A DNA stretch of 64,000 nucleotides from Selaginella moellendorffii. Lineage: Eukaryota; Plantae; Lycopodiophyta. Position 1 is the first letter of the stretch; the number at the start of each line of letters is the position of its first letter. The notes beneath the pieces were generated by a model, which was not told where the DNA came from, made no database searches, and saw only the letters and a list, made by a program, of their open reading frames with translations. The translations under genes and the position numbers were made by a program. The DNA lies in assembly GCF_000143415.4 (NCBI RefSeq), contig NW_003314297.1, positions 1,685,880 to 1,749,879 of the forward strand, given 5' to 3'. This document shows positions 58,996-64,000 of this stretch, one piece after another.

Positions 58996-61009
58996 ATCTT
59001 CACTTTCTCGAGCACATCAGGATTTTCTTTAGAAAACCATCAGCCATCGAGTTGTGACCAGTGTGTCACAACTCGATGTACAGTACATGTACATGTTGAG
59101 CATGTCTATGATTTCAGCACTTCCAGAGACTCTCCTTTGTCATCCAGCTCATCCATGAGCAACGAAAGAATGCTTGTTTCCTGTGGCTTTCTAGAAGCTC
59201 TTCGCTGGTTGATCAGGTCCTGGATAAGCTTGATGACCTTTCACATGGCCTGAGAATGGGAAAACATCACAAAACTATGTAGGAAAATGCATATGGCTTT
59301 TACCTTCAAGGCTTTGTTGTAGGCAGTGTTGGGGAAGTTGATGGGGAAAGCCTGAATGCCTGGGTTGACAACGTAGTACAAGGAGAAAATCTCATCTATC
59401 TTAATTTACCATTCACTTGTAAGGTTGTCTTGAGTATACACACACACACACACACACACTTACACTTTTTCTCCAACAATGGCAGAAAGAAATTTATATA
59501 TACTTGAGCTAGAAAGTAATCAGTGTAAAAGTGGAATTCTCTCCCTACTTGAGTAGTTTAAATAAACACTAGGCTTATTTTCATTAATAAAAAAAATTAA
59601 AAATGCTTTTGAGACCATGTTTTTCCTTTTGGATTAGCCATTAGGTTACAAATGTATAAAAAGCTTTTCTTTAGAGCACATATTTGCAATGATTAACATG
59701 GCTATTATGGAAAGATAATGCCATGAAGGATTCTAATGGCATAGAGTGTCCCATTTCCAAGCTACATCAAAAGCATTTAACTTCATGAATTTGGGGAGTT
59801 GTTGTGTTAATCACAGATTTAATGCCTTTTAATAAAATTAATATTAGCAAAGAAAAAATTTTATTTAGGGTTTAGTTCAAAGAAATTAAAGTAAAAAGAT
59901 TGAAGATAGGTTGAGATTGACATCTTTTAGGAGTGCTTTGATTAATTGATAAATAAAAGCTTTATTCTTTTCTTAATAAATTTATAAGATTTAGAAATAT
60001 TTACAATTAATTTATGGCTATGATGTTGTTTACTATTATTATCATAGTAACTATTGAATTAGTTTTAATCCAGACCACATAAACTATGGTTTTTGGGTTA
60101 ATCGAATACACTTCTATATTCCATGCACCCACATTGGTGGAGATGAGGAGCAATTTTGGTTCTCCTTGAGAAGTACTTAAATTTGTGCATTTGGTTTAGT
60201 TTTTGCATTGTCTAAATCTCTCTTATTCTTGTAGCTTTTCCATTTCTTCTCTTTTGCTTTTTTTATTTTCATTCATCTTTATGGCAGAATAGAATACTCT
60301 TCCTTTGCAAAAGCATCTTCCTCTTTTGACTCTAGAATAACAATTGATGCAATTGCTCAATGCTATATGGTTGCAATTGAATAATGAAACTTAGATCGAG
60401 ACTGGAGTCTTTCCTATATAAAGTGTAGAGGACAGTTAGATACGTGAACTCAGAAAAAACCAGTATCAACAAGAAAAATAAGACAAAGAGGAAGTAAACA
60501 TCACTTACCCTTCTCATCCCGGTAAGAAGAACAATTTTATGCTGCGTAGGCCACCTTGCAAGGCATGCTGTTGTAGGGGCACATACTGCTTAAGAGCTTT
60601 GGGATTGTTCACAGTGGACAGTAAGCTTCTGGAGCTTCAAATAGCTCTCTTCAGTTAATCCTGTAAACAGATTTCGTCCAATGAGCACAACAGCATTCTT
60701 TGGCCATCCTGTCTCAAAGCTGTCTTTGGAGAGCACGAATTTTCATGCCTCTGGTGTGGCAACCAGGACGGTGGGCTGCTAGAACAGAAATGCCTGATAA
60801 AACCCACTTGATTATACTTGAACCAAGAAGTGACCCATGAAAGAGTATGGTAATCCAGACTTGAAGGCTCTGAGAAAAACAGCCATGTTGATAAAGAAGG
60901 GCCATCCAAGTGGACCCGGTGGAAATGGAGGCTGTCCCAGCTTGAGCACAGGCTCATAGTACCACTTGTTTAAAAATCTTGATAATGTCAGCAAAGAAGT
61001 CACTGCCAT
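58996..61009 (-). pseudogene. Cytochrome P450 CYP88 (KAO-like) pseudogene, N-terminal two thirds
   Basis: NKWYYEPVLKLGQPPFPPGPLGWPFFINMAVFLRAFKSG, GWPKNAVVLIGRN, AFPINFPNTAYNKALK and EIIDMLNMYM. Contains stops and frameshifts. No EXXR or heme-Cys exon was found. Confidence 0.8.
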
Positions 61010-63206
61010 GTTGCTTTCCAGTGAACAACTTGGAGGAGGAAGAACCCCATAATGGTACAGCGTTGGCACTCAACTATGGCGTCTGATTAATTGAGCGGCC
61101 AGTCACGTTCATTTCAGTGGCTCCAATGACGATAACTCGAGAGCACCACTGCTGTATTGGCAGTGCACTCCTCTTTGGGAAATTTCAAGCAAATACTGGA
61201 TATTTTGATTGGCTCCAAAACTGTAAAAAAAAGTTATAAAACACAAAATTTCAGGATTGTATCCCATCCAGGTCACTGCAAGAATAAGGCAACCATAAAT
61301 TCTCTGCCTTTCATTATAGACCTCAACACTGAATCTCAGTAGTTTCCAATCAAAAGAACCAAAATAAATAAATCCCAGCTTTCTGCCACTGAGACCTGCA
61401 ATAGGAAAAACAGGCTGTAAAACACACAAGCACCTCCAAAAGCTCATTCATTGGAAATAAGAATAACTACTTTTTCTAGAATTTGACATATTCTACTTTA
61501 CCGTAAATTACCTGGACACAGTGTCATGAGTTTAAGGTTGATTAAACCTGCAATCCTTACTATTATATGCTGAGATTACTTCATTTTCACATTTTCACAT
61601 CTTCATTTTCCGATCCATCTTTTCTCCTACACAAACATCAAGCATCAGTAAGTGATTGATCCACATCAATGAGAAAGAAGAGTGCCACAAAGATATCAGA
61701 TTCAATAACAATAAAAAGAATAGTTGTATTGATTTGTGAGCCATTAGCTTGAATAGCACAGCAGTTTGCAAAAATAATCACAAAACTGGATGTGTAGTTT
61801 ACAGTGGCACAAAAGGGAAGAGACCTCTCTTACCTCACTCATTTGATCGAGTAAAACATGACTTGTCATCTTTCTATCTGAAACATACACAAAGTGAGCA
61901 AATGAAAGGAGTTGAGAATGTAAAGGCACACATACCTGGTGAGCTCGATGACACAGCAAAAGTGTCCAGGCCCCACCTCGATCAGGCTGCTTGCATTCTA
62001 GAATTGCTGCTGGACCATCACTGCCATCTTCACTTGGACTGGGACTCAGCTCGAAAGTAACGATGTTTGTCAAAATAATGCTACTTTCTTCATGAATGAC
62101 AAATATCATTGGTGTTATTGAGACTGAGAAGGACCGTCTCCATTACAAAGCCACACTAATAAAAAAGAGCATAAGTGAAAGCAATGGAAAACATGAGAGC
62201 AATACCAAGCAAGAAAAGAACAAAAGAAGGAAGCAAGAATGAATGTTGGAGTTCTGTACTTGTGTTTGCAAGTGAATCCAAGCGTTCCCTTGCTGGCCTG
62301 GCATACTCACAAGAAGAGGACAACAGAAGGCCTCGTCCAGTAGTTTTATCATTGGCGCCGCCAAGGTTTCACTGCCACCAAGCCCACCAAGCCCAATTTC
62401 CATCCAGCTGCTCGCCTAAAGAGATCGCAGGATTTTGCAACTTCTACCACATTCTGTTCATCATTTGGTTTTACTGTTACTTTGAAAGATTGAATCAGCA
62501 ACTCACCACAGCTGAGAACAGTTTGAACCAGCTACGTTCTGGCACATAAGAAAATTGGTATGCTATTCACATGGAATCACGTCAAGGAGTGAGCAACTGA
62601 AACTAAGCTTTTCACCAAGGCAAGAACAAATAGAAAATGAAATAAAATTACCAGTCCTCCCCCCTGGGTCAAGCAGATAAATGCTAATTGTTGACCCACT
62701 GCATTGGCCAGTGCCTTGCTAATTTCCAGAGCTTTCTCATGGAACCCAAGGAGAGCCTCTTCCCGCAATAGTCCACTTTCTTTTTTATTGAAACGACCAA
62801 GGAAACAAACAGCCTGTCAAACACACTTGAGGAGAGTTACTTACCTCCTAAACCTGATCAGCTGCTGATGGTGAACGTATCACCTGCTTTTCAATCTTGG
62901 CATATGCAACTCACTGTCCTTGACAAATAAAAAGGTTATGCAGGATGCTTGTTAGTGCTCTGGTATGGAGCGCTGAGCTTGTTGACCACATGCACACCAG
63001 CCAGTTCTTGCCTCTCTAGGATGATCCTTTGGACAGAAGAATAGTACACAATGGCCAGCTCAATCCAGGGCATTGGAATTTGAAGACATCGCAGCCAGTT
63101 CTTGCATCTACAAGAACAAACAATGGAGGCTGAAGTGGAATCCAGAAAAGCTTATCTTCCATATACCAACTTATAGCATGGCAGGAGAGTCCCACAGCCA
63201 AGTTGT

Positions 63207-63235
63207 GACACACACACACACACACAGAGACAGAC

Positions 63236-63318
<83 letters not shown>

Positions 63319-63322
63319 GAGA
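63207..63322. repeat. Compound (CA)n/(GA)n microsatellite
   Basis: Direct reading. Confidence 0.95.
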
Positions 63323-64000
63323 GCTTGCAGCTCACAATCTGTCCTAAAACTTTCCTTGATTTGGAGCTTCATTAAAATCACATTGAAGCCCTTTGGCAGT
63401 TGATCTATGCTGTCTATTTGAAGTTTTTGAATTTGAACCATTATATTATAAGCATATTCACAAATAATATTCTCAAAATGGAATAAAAGATGCCAGACGC
63501 CAGATGCCATATGCCAATAGCACTTTTAAATAAGGGAGTACTAGCAAAAGTCCCAGCTATGCTGGGAGCATTGTGTTTATTCCTGATGTTTTGGTGTAAT
63601 TGTAATTGTAATTTTTAACATAATCATAATAATAACATACATAGTTAAACATAATATAATATTTATATTAAAAATCCCTTCTACAATTGACTCTATCACA
63701 TAATAAATATAACTCATAACATTATATCACAATTAAAACTCTGATTATTGAGTGAAGTCTTTGATCTTCTATAAATGGAATTGCTCACTAGATCAATGTA
63801 GTATCGAATCAATCAGATACTCTTTGTTGCATAGAATGAAACATTTATAGAACAAAGTGTATTTGATTGATTCGATACTATATTATTAAAATTAAACATA
63901 ATTTTGTTGTACAAAGATGGTATATAGTTAGATATAATAAGAAATATTCATCAATAAATACCATCTTTGTACGGTGTATTGTATAATCTTGGATCAGCTA

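Noticed and set aside
61100-63200. Exon-like segments and short ORFs
   Set aside because: Could not assign a family or build a consistent gene model.

Overview
Eukaryotic nuclear DNA from a land plant. The ~45-60 nt introns, the PLS-PPR style and the gene density suggest a lycophyte such as Selaginella (inference). There are three zones. (1) 1-4 kb: a Ty3/gypsy remnant and an ALDH3/F-box pseudogene. (2) 4.4-22.5 kb: an extremely compact gene island, with coding regions often only 44-82 bp apart. It contains a KH+RING (MEX3-like architecture) gene, MO25, an At3g17950-like gene, a trihelix/Myb-SANT gene, CTP synthase, an RGF/GOLVEN peptide precursor absent from the ORF track, bZIP60 with an intact IRE1 twin-stem-loop 23-nt intron, a PLS-E PPR, an unknown coiled-coil gene and three LEA_2/NHL paralogs (one decayed). 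(3) 24-64 kb: pseudogene fragments (PPR, cytosolic PGI, DUF2358, CYP88/KAO-like) and nested LTR retrotransposons. Chromovirus B sits inside the gag of chromovirus A (TSD ACGAT). Non-autonomous element C splits a DUF2358 gene (TSD CAAGG) and carries a TRIM (TSD GCACC). The most novel-looking signals are the operon-like gene spacing, the KH-RING protein, a covarying five-hairpin/double-T-loop RNA motif 3' of pol in two element families, and an 18-nt promoter-like motif shared by three otherwise dissimilar LTRs. All family calls are from motif recognition by eye; no searches were run.
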